DNA from: Planctomycetota bacterium
GTDB taxonomy: Bacteria; Planctomycetota; B15-G4; SIAN01
Assembly (NCBI GenBank): GCA_031409275.1
Contig: JANNXA010000036.1
Location: 57,839 to 121,838 of the forward strand
Direction: 5' to 3'
DNA length: 64,000 bases
The notes beneath the pieces are model-generated. The model was not told where the DNA came from. It was given only the letters and a program-made list of their open reading frames with translations, and searched no databases. Within the stretch, counting starts at the first letter, position 1, and each line of letters begins with the position of its first letter. Shown here piece after piece: positions 55,056 through 64,000 of the stretch. A program made the position numbers and the translations under genes.

Positions 55056-56633
55056 ATGCAGCGCCTGCCGCTCGCCACTCTGCTCGTGTTCGTGCTGGCG
55101 CTCCTGGCGCGGGCGTGGGTGCGGCCCGTCTACGTCGGCGCGCCGGATGCCGCGGCGATGGAGCGCACGTTCGGCTTCGCGCAGCCGTTCGGTGATGACC
55201 TCAAGGGCGCCAGCGACGCGTTCCACACGATGCTGGCCGACAGCGTGCGGCGCGAAGGGCTCGCTGCCACCGGCGGCTGGCCACTGATGAATCGGACCCA
55301 CGTTCCGACCGACCGCTTCTTCTACTACGACCACCACCCGCCCGGCGTGACGCTGTTGACTGCGCTCGCATTCGAATGGTGCGGCATGTCGGAAGCCGTC
55401 GCGCGCGCGGTCGCGCTGATCTGCTCGACCCTCACGCTGCTCGTGTTGGCGGCGCTGGCGTGGCGAGTCGGCGGCGAGCGTGCGGCGCTCTTCACGATGG
55501 TGGTGGTCGCGGCCACGCCGGCCGGCCTCTACTGGGCGAGCCACCTCGACTACCCGGTGCCGACGATGGCGGCGTGCGCGCTCTTCCTTGCGCTCGCCGG
55601 ACGCGACGACCTGCGCGGCGCGGGGCGCTGCGTGGCCGGTCTCGCGCTGCTGGCGGCCCTCAGCTTCGACTTCCTCGCCGTGCTCGCGCCGGCCGCGCTC
55701 TTCCTCGATCGACTGGTGGCCGGACCTCGCGGCGCCAAGCGACTGCTCGGGTGGCCGTTGCTCGGCGCGGCCTGGACGGTCCTGCTGCTGACGTGGAAGC
55801 ACCTGCAGCTGTCGCGCTACGGAATCAGCGACACGGTCGCACCGCTCGGCCAGGTGGAGCAGATCTGGAATCTGCCCATCGGCATGTCGGTGGCGGAGTA
55901 CCTGAGGCGGGTGGAAGGCCACTTGCGCGCGCTCGTGACGCCGCTCGGCGAGGGGCTGTTGTGCTTTGGAATCGTGCGCTCGCTGCTGCCAGGCAGCGAC
56001 CCGCAACTGCGTCGGTTCGTGCGAACGACCACGCTGCTGGCGCTCGCTGCCGGGCTGCTGCCGCGGATGCGCGCTCAGGACCATCCCTACTTCCAGCTCT
56101 ATTGGTTGCTGCCACTCGGCGGATCGGCGGCGCTGCTCGCGCTCTCCCTGCTCGGCGCGCGACGTTCGCAGCGCGGGAGCCTCGACGCCGCCGCCGCACT
56201 GCCACCATCGGGTCCGCCAAGTCAGGCGCGTTTGGCGATGGCCGGCGTCGCCGCGCTCTTTGCCGCCATGGTCGCGGGCGCCTTCCTGCTCGCGGGCGGC
56301 GCCGCGCACCCGCGCTCGACGATCGCTCCGGACCGGCCTTCGTCCCACCTCCTCGGTCGAGAGCTCGCGACGAAAGTGCCGCCCGAGTGCACGCTCGTGC
56401 TCGTTCCGGCGACCACCCCGCTCGAGGGAATTCAGCTCACCTGGTACGCGGGACGAATGGTCGCGAAGGCGCTCGACGATCCGCCGGATCGATCGCGCAC
56501 GATCCCGTTCCTGGGCATGTTCACCCTCGATCAGGCGCCAGCGTGGTGGGCGCCCGGCGTGAAGTGGCCGGGACGCGACGGCGTCACGCGACTTCCCGAT
56601 CCCGCGCCGTCAGCGCCCCCGCCGCCGAGGTGA
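55056..56633 (+). CDS. GT-C (ArnT/PMT-like) membrane glycosyltransferase
   Basis: Multi-TM; YYDHHPPG motif followed by G.SEAVAR. Confidence 0.7.
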   Translation: MQRLPLATLLVFVLALLARAWVRPVYVGAPDAAAMERTFGFAQPFGDDLKGASDAFHTMLADSVRREGLAATGGWPLMNRTHVPTDRFFYYDHHPPGVTLLTALAFEWCGMSEAVARAVALICSTLTLLVLAALAWRVGGERAALFTMVVVAATPAGLYWASHLDYPVPTMAACALFLALAGRDDLRGAGRCVAGLALLAALSFDFLAVLAPAALFLDRLVAGPRGAKRLLGWPLLGAAWTVLLLTWKHLQLSRYGISDTVAPLGQVEQIWNLPIGMSVAEYLRRVEGHLRALVTPLGEGLLCFGIVRSLLPGSDPQLRRFVRTTTLLALAAGLLPRMRAQDHPYFQLYWLLPLGGSAALLALSLLGARRSQRGSLDAAAALPPSGPPSQARLAMAGVAALFAAMVAGAFLLAGGAAHPRSTIAPDRPSSHLLGRELATKVPPECTLVLVPATTPLEGIQLTWYAGRMVAKALDDPPDRSRTIPFLGMFTLDQAPAWWAPGVKWPGRDGVTRLPDPAPSAPPPPR

Positions 56634-56664
56634 TCGCGCGGCCGATGGCGCGCGATCGAGCGCG

Positions 56665-57429
56665 TCAGCGCCCGAGCGACAGGCGCTCGGCGCAGAGGTC
56701 GTCGATCCCCTTGATCCTTCGGATCTTCGCCTGCACGGCCGAGATGTCGTACGGGACACGCCACCACTCGACACGGTCGGAATGGAGCACGGCGTAGCAC
56801 GCGGCGGTGTTTCCGTCGCGCGGCTGACCGACCGATCCGATGTTGAGGAACGCCTTCTCGGCACCGAAGACGTAGCGACCCGCGAGCTCCTCCGGCGTCC
56901 GGTGGCCGACTCCGTCGATGAAGACGCCCGGTTGATGCGTGTGACCGAAGAAGCCGAGCCGAGGGATCCGCTGGAAGATCTCTTCCATCTTCTGGGGCGC
57001 GAACACGACGTCGGTTTTCATCACGTACTCGCGGACCGGATCGCGCGGCGAACCGTGCACGAACAGCAGGTCGCCGCGCTGCTCGCTGCTCTTCAGTCCG
57101 TGCAGGAAGCTCCAACGCGCGCGCTTCGCGGCGGGCTTGAAGAGCCCGGGCCGGATCATCTCGCGGTTGGTTTCGAGCGCCTGGCGGGCGATCGGGTTGA
57201 AGTCCTCCGCGCCGCTGAAGATCGCATCGTCGTGATTGCCGCGCAGAACGAGGCTGCAGCGGGTGCGGACGAGGTCGATGACGGGCTCCGGCTCGGGACC
57301 GTAGCCGACGATGTCGCCAAGGCAGTAGACCTCGGCGACCCCGCGCGCGTCGATGTCCCGTAGGACAGCGGTGAGCGCCTCGAGATTCGAATGGATGTCG
57401 GAGATCAGCGCGATCGGCGCGGCCACCAC
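56665..57429 (-). CDS. Calcineurin-like metallophosphoesterase
   Basis: SDIHSN, GDIVGYG, GNHD, HGSP, GHTH, GSVGQPRDG. Confidence 0.92.
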   Translation of the reverse strand: MVAAPIALISDIHSNLEALTAVLRDIDARGVAEVYCLGDIVGYGPEPEPVIDLVRTRCSLVLRGNHDDAIFSGAEDFNPIARQALETNREMIRPGLFKPAAKRARWSFLHGLKSSEQRGDLLFVHGSPRDPVREYVMKTDVVFAPQKMEEIFQRIPRLGFFGHTHQPGVFIDGVGHRTPEELAGRYVFGAEKAFLNIGSVGQPRDGNTAACYAVLHSDRVEWWRVPYDISAVQAKIRRIKGIDDLCAERLSLGR

Positions 57430-57540
57430 TCCCTCGTCGGTCCTTCTGCGATTCGCCGCGCCTCTCGCGGGCGAGGCGCAAGTTCGAGGCGATGATAGCC
57501 ACGCCGGCGGGCCCCGCTCGCCCCCGTGCCGACGCCGGCG

Positions 57541-58794
57541 TCACTCGCTCGGACGGGCGATGACCCCGCGCTCCGCCGACCAGGCGAGCTCTCCGCGGAT
57601 GAACACCGCCTCGGTCACCAGGTCGCCGCGCACCGCCGCCGCCTCCAATCGCCGCGAGTCCATCGGCGCCCCGTCGCGCGCGGAGACCAGCTGGAACGTG
57701 GCGGGGTCGCCCTCCATCAACTCGGCACGCGGCAGCCCAAGTGCGACCCGGCCGTTGGCCGTAGCCGCGGCGAAGAGCTCCGCGTCGGAGAGCGCCGCGT
57801 CTGCGGATCGCCATGCCGCGAGCTCCGCGTGGAGGTCGAGCCCGAGGTTGCTCGCGCGCGAGTCGGTGCCGAGCGCAACGATGGCTCCCGCGTCGAACAG
57901 CTCGCGTGACGGGTGACGCTCGTATCGAAAGTAGGCGTGGCTGCGCGGACAGAACACGACCGGCCACCCGCTCGTGGCGCATGTCGCGATCTCGGCAGCG
58001 CGCAGTCGATTGCCGTGGATGACGACAAACCCGCGCGGTGGCGCCAGCGCAGCGACCGCCGTCAAAGCGCCCTCGCTCGCACGCGGCCAGCGCGGCGGCG
58101 CGAATCGCAGACGGGTGAAGAGCTCACGCAACGGACCGCGATCAGCGGCGAGCAGGTCGAGTTCGTCCTGCGACTCGGCGACGTGACTTGCCAGCGGAAC
58201 TTGATGGCGGCGCGACCATTCGAACGCACGCTCGTAGAGCTCCGCCGACGTCGAGTAGGGCGCGTGCGGCGAAAGGCCGAGCCGTCGCCGCGGACGCTCC
58301 GCTCCGCTCGCCGCCACTCGTTCGAGACGCGCCGCCTGCTCTCCGAAACGGCGGTCGAGCTCGGCTGCCAGCGCGGCGGACGGCGATCCGAGCCACTCTC
58401 GATAGATCACGCCTTCGAGCGGCGAGTTCGCCAGCGCGGCGAACGTCTCCCCTTGTGCATCGATGTCGCCGATCGCGACGCAACCGTTGGCCAGCAACTG
58501 CGCCGCCCCGTCGCGCGCCGCTGCTGCTCGTTCGCCGGGGCCGAAGTTCCGTTGACGCTCGATCAGCGCCGCGACCCACGCCGCGAACGTCGGATGCGCA
58601 ATCTCCTCGCCGCGGACTCGCGACAGTTCGAGATGGACGTGCGCGTCGACGAAACCGGGCAGCGCGTACTGCCCGGTGCGTGCGCCATCACGGCGAGGCG
58701 CCAGATGGAGCGGCCCGTCCGCCGAAAACGTGAGTCGCTGCGGACCGCCGATGCCGCAGCCGCTCAGCGATCCGTCGACCGCGATCTCGACCAT
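57541..58794 (-). CDS. Amidohydrolase, aminodeoxyfutalosine deaminase-like
   Basis: PGFVDAHVHLELS, SPHAPYS, HVAES, IHGN, CPRSHAYF, LGTDSRASN; superfamily is secure, substrate is not. Confidence 0.8.
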   Translation of the reverse strand: MVEIAVDGSLSGCGIGGPQRLTFSADGPLHLAPRRDGARTGQYALPGFVDAHVHLELSRVRGEEIAHPTFAAWVAALIERQRNFGPGERAAAARDGAAQLLANGCVAIGDIDAQGETFAALANSPLEGVIYREWLGSPSAALAAELDRRFGEQAARLERVAASGAERPRRRLGLSPHAPYSTSAELYERAFEWSRRHQVPLASHVAESQDELDLLAADRGPLRELFTRLRFAPPRWPRASEGALTAVAALAPPRGFVVIHGNRLRAAEIATCATSGWPVVFCPRSHAYFRYERHPSRELFDAGAIVALGTDSRASNLGLDLHAELAAWRSADAALSDAELFAAATANGRVALGLPRAELMEGDPATFQLVSARDGAPMDSRRLEAAAVRGDLVTEAVFIRGELAWSAERGVIARPSE

Positions 58795-58816
58795 GGAGAA
58801 CTCTTGCGCGGCCTCG

Positions 58817-58861
58817 AAAATGAAACGGGGCGCGCGAGATCGGTCGATCCCGCGCGCCCCG
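58817..58861 (-). terminator. Intrinsic terminator after the large lipoprotein
   Basis: Minus strand: CGGGGCGCGCGGGATCG-AC-CGATCTCGCGCGCCCCG followed by TTTCATTTT. Confidence 0.85.
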
Positions 58862-58876
58862 CATGCGATCAGGAGG

Positions 58877-61800
58877 TCAGGGCTTGACGCTGTTGACGTC
58901 GATCTCGATCGAGTCGATCCGCACGTCGGTGTACGAATCGCCCAACAGGATCACCGGCGTCACCGCGTCGCCGAGGATGAACTTGAAGCGCGTGAACTGG
59001 CGTCCCGCATAGCTCGCCAACGTCGTCGTGGTCGGATCGGCGAACGCCGTCGCCGTCGCCACATCGACGAGACCGGTCGCGGGGTCAGGATCGGCAACGC
59101 TCAACAGCAGGTCGAACGGCGCGGCGTCCGGACTGGACGTTGCCGTGTCGATGGAACCGTCGGCGTTCACGGCGTAGACGGCGCTGATGGTCGAGCCGTT
59201 CTGCTTCACCGAGTAGCGCACGATGATCTTCTGGTATTCGGGGCTGAGCGCGCCGCTCGGAAGGAAGATCGACTGCGCGACGCTCGACCCGCCGCCCGGG
59301 AAGCGTCCGAGATTCTCGGCGGCGATCGTCGGCGTGCCCACGCCGATGAAGTTCGTCGAGCTCAACGTGCCGGCTGCGTTCTCGAGGCGAATGCGGCCGT
59401 TGCCGCCATCGCCGCCCTCGATTCCGAAGCCCGCCGCGCCGCCGGCGCCGCCGATCGCCGAGATCTTGGCGCCAAGCGCGGCGGCCAAGGTGCCGCCGGC
59501 GCCGAGCACGATCGTGCCGCCCGCGCCACCACCACCGCCGGAGGCAGAGTTCGAACCAGCGAAGTCCGAACGGCCGCCTTCGCCACCATCCGACAGCACC
59601 TGGCCCGCGGCCGCGATATCGATGTTGCCGGCCGCGACGATCGTCACCGACCCGCCACCCGCGCCACCACCACCGCCGGGAACCCAGCGCGGCAGCGCGA
59701 AGATCGACTCGCTGCCGTCTTCCAGTCCGTTCTGAACCTGGTTCGGCGGCGCGATGCCGCCGTCGTCGTCATAGAAGTCGGTCGTCGTCGAGGCGCCGTT
59801 CTGGTTGCGCGCATCGGTCAGGTCGGGGTGACCCGTGTGATTGAACGGCGTCTTGCTGCTGCCCGCGCAATGGACACCAGCACCGCCACCGCCCATGCCG
59901 CCCGCCGTGTAGGGAGCGGTCACACGCACCGTCGCACCCGGCGCCATCGTCGTGGTCGACAGGTCGATCGTCGCACCCGTGGAGGTCGTGATCGGCAGGA
60001 TCGTCACCTGGTCCACGTCGTCCACCGAGAGGATGACGAAGGTGTTGCCCTGGCTGATGTTCGGGTTGATGAGGTGACCGGCGAAGGTCGGGTCGGGCGA
60101 ACCGGTTCCGTCGTCGAAAAGATCCGTCGTCAGCCGCAGCGTGTCGGCATCGACACGCGAGAGCAGCGTGGCCGTCGGATAGGCGCTGCCACCGGCTCCG
60201 CCGGAAGTACCGGTGCCGCCAAAGAGACCCGCGCCGTTGGCCACGGTCGGATCGTCGGAGCCCGCGGCGCCCGCGGTCACGCCGCCGGCACCACCACCAC
60301 CGCCGGAACGAGCGAGCGTCAGGAAGCTCTGCATCACCGACTGCGGATCGGATCCGGTTCCGGAGGTCGCCACGGCGACGGCGTCATCGACGCTGCCGTC
60401 GAGGTCGAGATCGAACAGCAAACCACCGGTGAGACCGGCGAGATCGCCGATGAGATAGGCGTCGTAGATCTCCGACAACAGCGGCGCACGGAAGCCGCCG
60501 GAACCATCCGACTCGAGCCACGGGTTGTCGGTTTCCTGCGACAGATCTCCGCGGAAGTTCGCGTCGGCCGGGTCAGAAACCACCGTCACCACGCCGCCGC
60601 TGATCGACTCGACCTTGAAGACCGGGTGGAAACGCTCGAAGCGATAGTCGTCCGCTCCGACGTTCGGCTGGATCCAGAGGTCAGTCAGCGTCAGGGCATC
60701 GAGCAGCGCCGAAAACGCCGTGTCGGTCAGAGTGAAGGTCGTGGAGTCGAGCGCCGTGCTGCGGCCCGTGACTCCCTGATTCGCAGCTCCGCTCGGATCG
60801 AACGCAAGCTGCGGATAGGTCGGCTTGCCGACGAGGCCGCGGCCCGCAAAGAAGTTGCTGGTGCCCGCCGAGTCGGAGGGCGAGCCGCCGCGGCCGCCCG
60901 CGGCGCCGCCGCCGGCCGCCGTGCCACCGGCGCCACCGGCCACCACCGCTCCGGTCATCACTGCGCCTGCAGCACCGGAGACGTTCAAGGTACCGATGAT
61001 GTTGACGTTGCCGGACACCTGCACGGCCAGCGGGAAGACGCCGGTGTGAACCACCGTCCAGCCAGCCGGGACCCGGAAGCTCGTGAACTCGTAGACACGC
61101 TGCGTTCCAGGATTCGCGAGCGACTCGGTGTTCATCGTCACGCGCTTGCTGGGCACGTTCAAAGAGATGCCGGAGGGCGGCGATGCCTGGAAGCCAGCGT
61201 TGTTCGGGTCGAACGCGCCGTCCGCACCCGTGCCACCGCCGATGCCCGGCGAGAGGAATCCGTTGAAGGTCGTGCCCCACTTCGCGGACGTCACCGTGAG
61301 ATCGTTCTGAGCCTGCAGATCGAACAGCTCTTCGATCGGGTCGATCGCGACCGTCGCCGGCCCAGGCGCGGTGGTGAACGTGAAGACGTCGTTCGCGCCG
61401 GGATTGCTCGTCACCGAGACCTTGCTGTTGCCAGAAAGGTCCTGCACGGTCCCGTCGACCGTGACTACGTAGACGCAGCCCGCGCTCGGATCGGTTGGCA
61501 GCTCCTTCAGGAGGCTCTCGAAGAGGACCACGGCGTCGCTGCCGCTGGGAATCAGCGTGTACGTGCCCGGGACCACGACGCGATCGCCGGTCGTGTTGAC
61601 GTTGCCATCCGAGTCGAGTTCGACGTGAATGTTGGAACTCGAGCCGATGCCGCCGGGATCCACGGCGGTCGACGGAATCACGGGCTCATCGAACGTGAGC
61701 TCGATGTTGGGGACCGGGCTCGTCGCGACGTTGGTGGTCGCGATCGGGTTGCCCGTGGTCGGATCGAGGAGCCGCATCGTCGGGACCGGCGCGCCGGCCT

Positions 61801-62356
61801 TCTGATCGAAGATCTGCGTGCTGGTACGGAAGAGGTACGGCCCGCGATCCTTGGCGACGAGCGTCCGTCCACCCTGCGAGACCAGCGTCGGCGAAGAGGG
61901 CGGGATCTGGAACAAGACCTGATAGGTCTTCACTGCGGACGAATCACCCCATCCGTAGACGGCGGTCGTGTCGGTGAAGGTGATCAGCGGGCAGATGGTC
62001 AGTCGATTGCCCGACACCTGGAACTCCGCCGCGGCGAGCGGTCCTGGCGCCGGCGGGATGACGGACGTGTCGAGTTCCTGGATGACGATCGACTGCGAGG
62101 TCGCGGTCGCGGCGCGAATCGGCTCGCTGAAGTCGAAGACGACGCACATGTTCAGCGGTATCAACGGAGCCTCGCCTTGCTGGCCCGAGGCGTCGAAGCT
62201 GCCGCTGAAAGGGTCGTAGCCGAAGATGGTCGACTGGACCGTCAGCGCACCACCGCCGCCACCGCCGGGGCCGCAGGCCGCCAACAGGGCGAGCGAAGCG
62301 CCCGCGAATCCAGCCATCCAACGAGCCCGGGGACGAGTGGAAAGAGAGAGATTCAT
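58877..62356 (-). CDS. Large (1159 aa) lipoprotein with Ig-like domains and Gly-rich domain, probable surface protein
   Basis: Lipobox LAAC; FDFSEPI and LTFDEPV...VQDLSGN...FTFTT Ig-like signatures; many GGGGGAGG runs; DxDxDG-like motifs. Confidence 0.8.
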   Translation of the reverse strand: MNLSLSTRPRARWMAGFAGASLALLAACGPGGGGGGALTVQSTIFGYDPFSGSFDASGQQGEAPLIPLNMCVVFDFSEPIRAATATSQSIVIQELDTSVIPPAPGPLAAAEFQVSGNRLTICPLITFTDTTAVYGWGDSSAVKTYQVLFQIPPSSPTLVSQGGRTLVAKDRGPYLFRTSTQIFDQKAGAPVPTMRLLDPTTGNPIATTNVATSPVPNIELTFDEPVIPSTAVDPGGIGSSSNIHVELDSDGNVNTTGDRVVVPGTYTLIPSGSDAVVLFESLLKELPTDPSAGCVYVVTVDGTVQDLSGNSKVSVTSNPGANDVFTFTTAPGPATVAIDPIEELFDLQAQNDLTVTSAKWGTTFNGFLSPGIGGGTGADGAFDPNNAGFQASPPSGISLNVPSKRVTMNTESLANPGTQRVYEFTSFRVPAGWTVVHTGVFPLAVQVSGNVNIIGTLNVSGAAGAVMTGAVVAGGAGGTAAGGGAAGGRGGSPSDSAGTSNFFAGRGLVGKPTYPQLAFDPSGAANQGVTGRSTALDSTTFTLTDTAFSALLDALTLTDLWIQPNVGADDYRFERFHPVFKVESISGGVVTVVSDPADANFRGDLSQETDNPWLESDGSGGFRAPLLSEIYDAYLIGDLAGLTGGLLFDLDLDGSVDDAVAVATSGTGSDPQSVMQSFLTLARSGGGGGAGGVTAGAAGSDDPTVANGAGLFGGTGTSGGAGGSAYPTATLLSRVDADTLRLTTDLFDDGTGSPDPTFAGHLINPNISQGNTFVILSVDDVDQVTILPITTSTGATIDLSTTTMAPGATVRVTAPYTAGGMGGGGAGVHCAGSSKTPFNHTGHPDLTDARNQNGASTTTDFYDDDGGIAPPNQVQNGLEDGSESIFALPRWVPGGGGGAGGGSVTIVAAGNIDIAAAGQVLSDGGEGGRSDFAGSNSASGGGGGAGGTIVLGAGGTLAAALGAKISAIGGAGGAAGFGIEGGDGGNGRIRLENAAGTLSSTNFIGVGTPTIAAENLGRFPGGGSSVAQSIFLPSGALSPEYQKIIVRYSVKQNGSTISAVYAVNADGSIDTATSSPDAAPFDLLLSVADPDPATGLVDVATATAFADPTTTTLASYAGRQFTRFKFILGDAVTPVILLGDSYTDVRIDSIEIDVNSVKP

Positions 62357-62424
62357 CCTCGCGTTGCTCCTGACCTGCGATCGTCGGGCGCCCCGGGATC
62401 TCCGGGGATGGCACGAAGCGGGGC

Positions 62425-62453
62425 ATGGTATCGGTGCGCGGAAATGCTGTCAA
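62425..62453 (-). promoter_or_regulatory. Near-consensus sigma70 promoter for the large lipoprotein
   Basis: Minus strand: TTGACA-N17-TACCAT. Confidence 0.7.
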
Positions 62454-62686
62454 AACGCACGCCCGATCCGAGACGCTGGATCGAGCCGTGACTTGGAACG
62501 CCGTTAGCCATGACCGCAATGGATGTGCCCGACCGTTCGCGCGTGTCCTGAGGGAGCGCGGCTAGCATCCGCCCCCCCTTCGACCACTCGCGAACGCTCG
62601 CACGGGCCCTCCACCGTGGGCGCGACCGCTCACGGAGCCGCTTCGAGCGGCCGTCTTGGAACTGGCACGTGGAGTTCGGGATCACC

Positions 62687-63850
62687 ATGAAGTCACCGTT
62701 TGCGGCCGCGTTGCTCGCCTTGCAGCTCGCCACGCTCGGCGTTGTAGTCGGGCTCCTAGTGCGGAGAAACGACTCGAGCGCCGAAGCGCTCGCCCCGATC
62801 GCTCAGCGGATCGAAAGATTGACGGTCGGACTCGACGGTGCGCTGCACCGCCAGGCCGAGATCGCGATCTTTCTGGATCAGCTGCGAAAGCAGGGGCAAT
62901 CGCAGCTCGCCGCCGGAGCGGCCGGGGGCTCCGAGGCCGCAGGAGCGAACGCAGCGGAGCCCAACGCAGCGGGGTCCACCTCCGCGGGGGCGACCGCCCC
63001 GACCGTCGCCAGACTCGGCGCCGTGCCGCCCACGCCATTTCCGCTGGCGATGGAGGCGCTGCAGGCGCTGAAGCACGCCGAGCGTGCACTCCGCCTGGAG
63101 ATCAAGAACAGCTCGAACAACGTGTCGCCGCTCGAAACCGAGCTGCGGCAGACGCGCGACAGCCTGATCGCGCGCGGCCACGAAGCGGTCTACGTCGTGC
63201 GCCGCGAAGTCGACCTGCAGCCCTTCGAACCCGAGCGCGAGATCGAGTTCGTGGAGTACCTGTTGAAAAAAGTGGTGCCGTCGCTGTCGAGCGCCGCCAA
63301 AGCGGACGCTTTCGACATCGCACGGAGCGCGCTCGTCCGCGCCACCAACGAGCCGGTCCTGAAGTACGCCGCCGCCGTCGCGCTGCAGGAGATCGACTCG
63401 GAGCGCTGGAGCAAGGACGTCATCGACGTGATCAAGTTGGGCGGCGCCCAGGAAGTGACGCTGCGCGGTCAGCTGCTCGGGTTGTTCGAGACCCATCCGC
63501 GCCCCGAAGCCGTCGACCTGTGCCGCTCGTTCCTCGATGAGGCGCGCTACCCGCCGGAGTTGCGAACCAAGGCCGTGTTCGTCATCGCCCAGCAGGACTC
63601 GAGCGCCGTCAATCCCGTCCTGCGCCGAGCTCTGTTCGAGGAACCGTCCCAGCTGATCAAGAACCACGCGTTCGACTCGCTGTGGACGCGGCTCGCCAAC
63701 TCCCCCGCGGAGCGGCGCAAGCTGCTGGAAGACGTCCTCGCGACCAACCCGGCGCAAATGCCGGAAGCGGTCCAGGTGAAGGCGCAGCGACTGCTCGATG
63801 AGCTCGATGGCAAGAGCAGCGCGGAGAAGCCGGCGGGCGCAGGCAAGTAA
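62687..63850 (+). CDS. Membrane-anchored HEAT-repeat hypothetical protein
   Basis: Start ATG 62687 after GGAG; N-terminal TM, coiled coil, Ala/Gly linker, HEAT-like helices. Confidence 0.7.
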   Translation: MKSPFAAALLALQLATLGVVVGLLVRRNDSSAEALAPIAQRIERLTVGLDGALHRQAEIAIFLDQLRKQGQSQLAAGAAGGSEAAGANAAEPNAAGSTSAGATAPTVARLGAVPPTPFPLAMEALQALKHAERALRLEIKNSSNNVSPLETELRQTRDSLIARGHEAVYVVRREVDLQPFEPEREIEFVEYLLKKVVPSLSSAAKADAFDIARSALVRATNEPVLKYAAAVALQEIDSERWSKDVIDVIKLGGAQEVTLRGQLLGLFETHPRPEAVDLCRSFLDEARYPPELRTKAVFVIAQQDSSAVNPVLRRALFEEPSQLIKNHAFDSLWTRLANSPAERRKLLEDVLATNPAQMPEAVQVKAQRLLDELDGKSSAEKPAGAGK

Positions 63851-64000
63851 GAGCGCCTGACAGAATGTCCGCTGCGTTCGACCGGCTGCGGCCACCCATG
63901 ACTTCGTCGACCTCCATCGGCGACTCTTCAGAGTCGCCTGCTTCGGTCTCCTCGCCCTGGGCGGCCTCGCTCGGTCTCGGCGCGACGCGTCCATTCTGTT
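63851..64000. repeat. Dispersed structured repeat (MITE/REP-like), copy B, cut by the window end
   Basis: Begins right after the TAA with GAGCGCCTGACAGAATG, ends CCATTCTGTT; 79% ungapped identity to copy A. Confidence 0.8.

Noticed and set aside
58676..62491. 1271-aa ORF on the + strand
   Set aside because: Antisense shadow of the 1159-aa lipoprotein; Arg/Ala-rich, no motifs, expected from high-GC codon bias.
62409..62510. Sigma54-like motifs (TGGCACG at 62409; TGGAACGCCGTTAGC near 62493)
   Set aside because: The first has the wrong GG-to-GC spacing; the second is a weak match, and sigma70-type elements already explain both divergent genes.
63657..63917. Peptide MEVDE(V/F)MG... readable on the minus strand of both repeat copies, with GGAGG nearby
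   Set aside because: Mismatches between the copies fall in all three codon positions (7/9/14 by hand count) and the frames diverge outside the repeat; not enough support for coding.

Overview
A very GC-rich, gene-dense chromosomal segment from a diderm, LPS-making bacterium (lpxK, mla/MCE genes). The many TPR/HEAT, secretin, ExbBD and sulfatase-like genes suggest Planctomycetota/PVC, which is an inference. About 50 CDS and one tRNA-Cys are supported; no rRNA, CRISPR, transposase or phage genes were seen. Housekeeping genes include dtd, trpS, lpxK, a parA-family gene, trxB, pepA, a cysteine desulfurase, udg, an opp ABC operon, ridA, coaD, comEC, comM and cutA. Main highlights: (1) A ~17.6 kb envelope-machine locus contains a PilM-PilN-like fusion, PilO-like and FN3 proteins, two full-length paralogous lipoprotein secretins, two exported TPR proteins and a 1 ExbB/TolQ + 2 ExbD/TolR motor. 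The window has no pilin, PilB/PilT, PilC or TonB-dependent receptor, so this is a candidate ion-motive-force-driven secretin system. (2) An exported HEAT-repeat protein between comEC and comM carries an ungapped 42-aa copy of the secretin gate-hairpin segment, 50-57% identical to the two secretins. (3) A Trp/Pro-repeat lipoprotein is translationally coupled to mlaEFD. (4) A ~140-bp structured dispersed repeat with terminal inverted repeats occurs twice, 50 kb apart. Start codons were re-picked by eye and functional calls rest on recognised motifs, not database searches.
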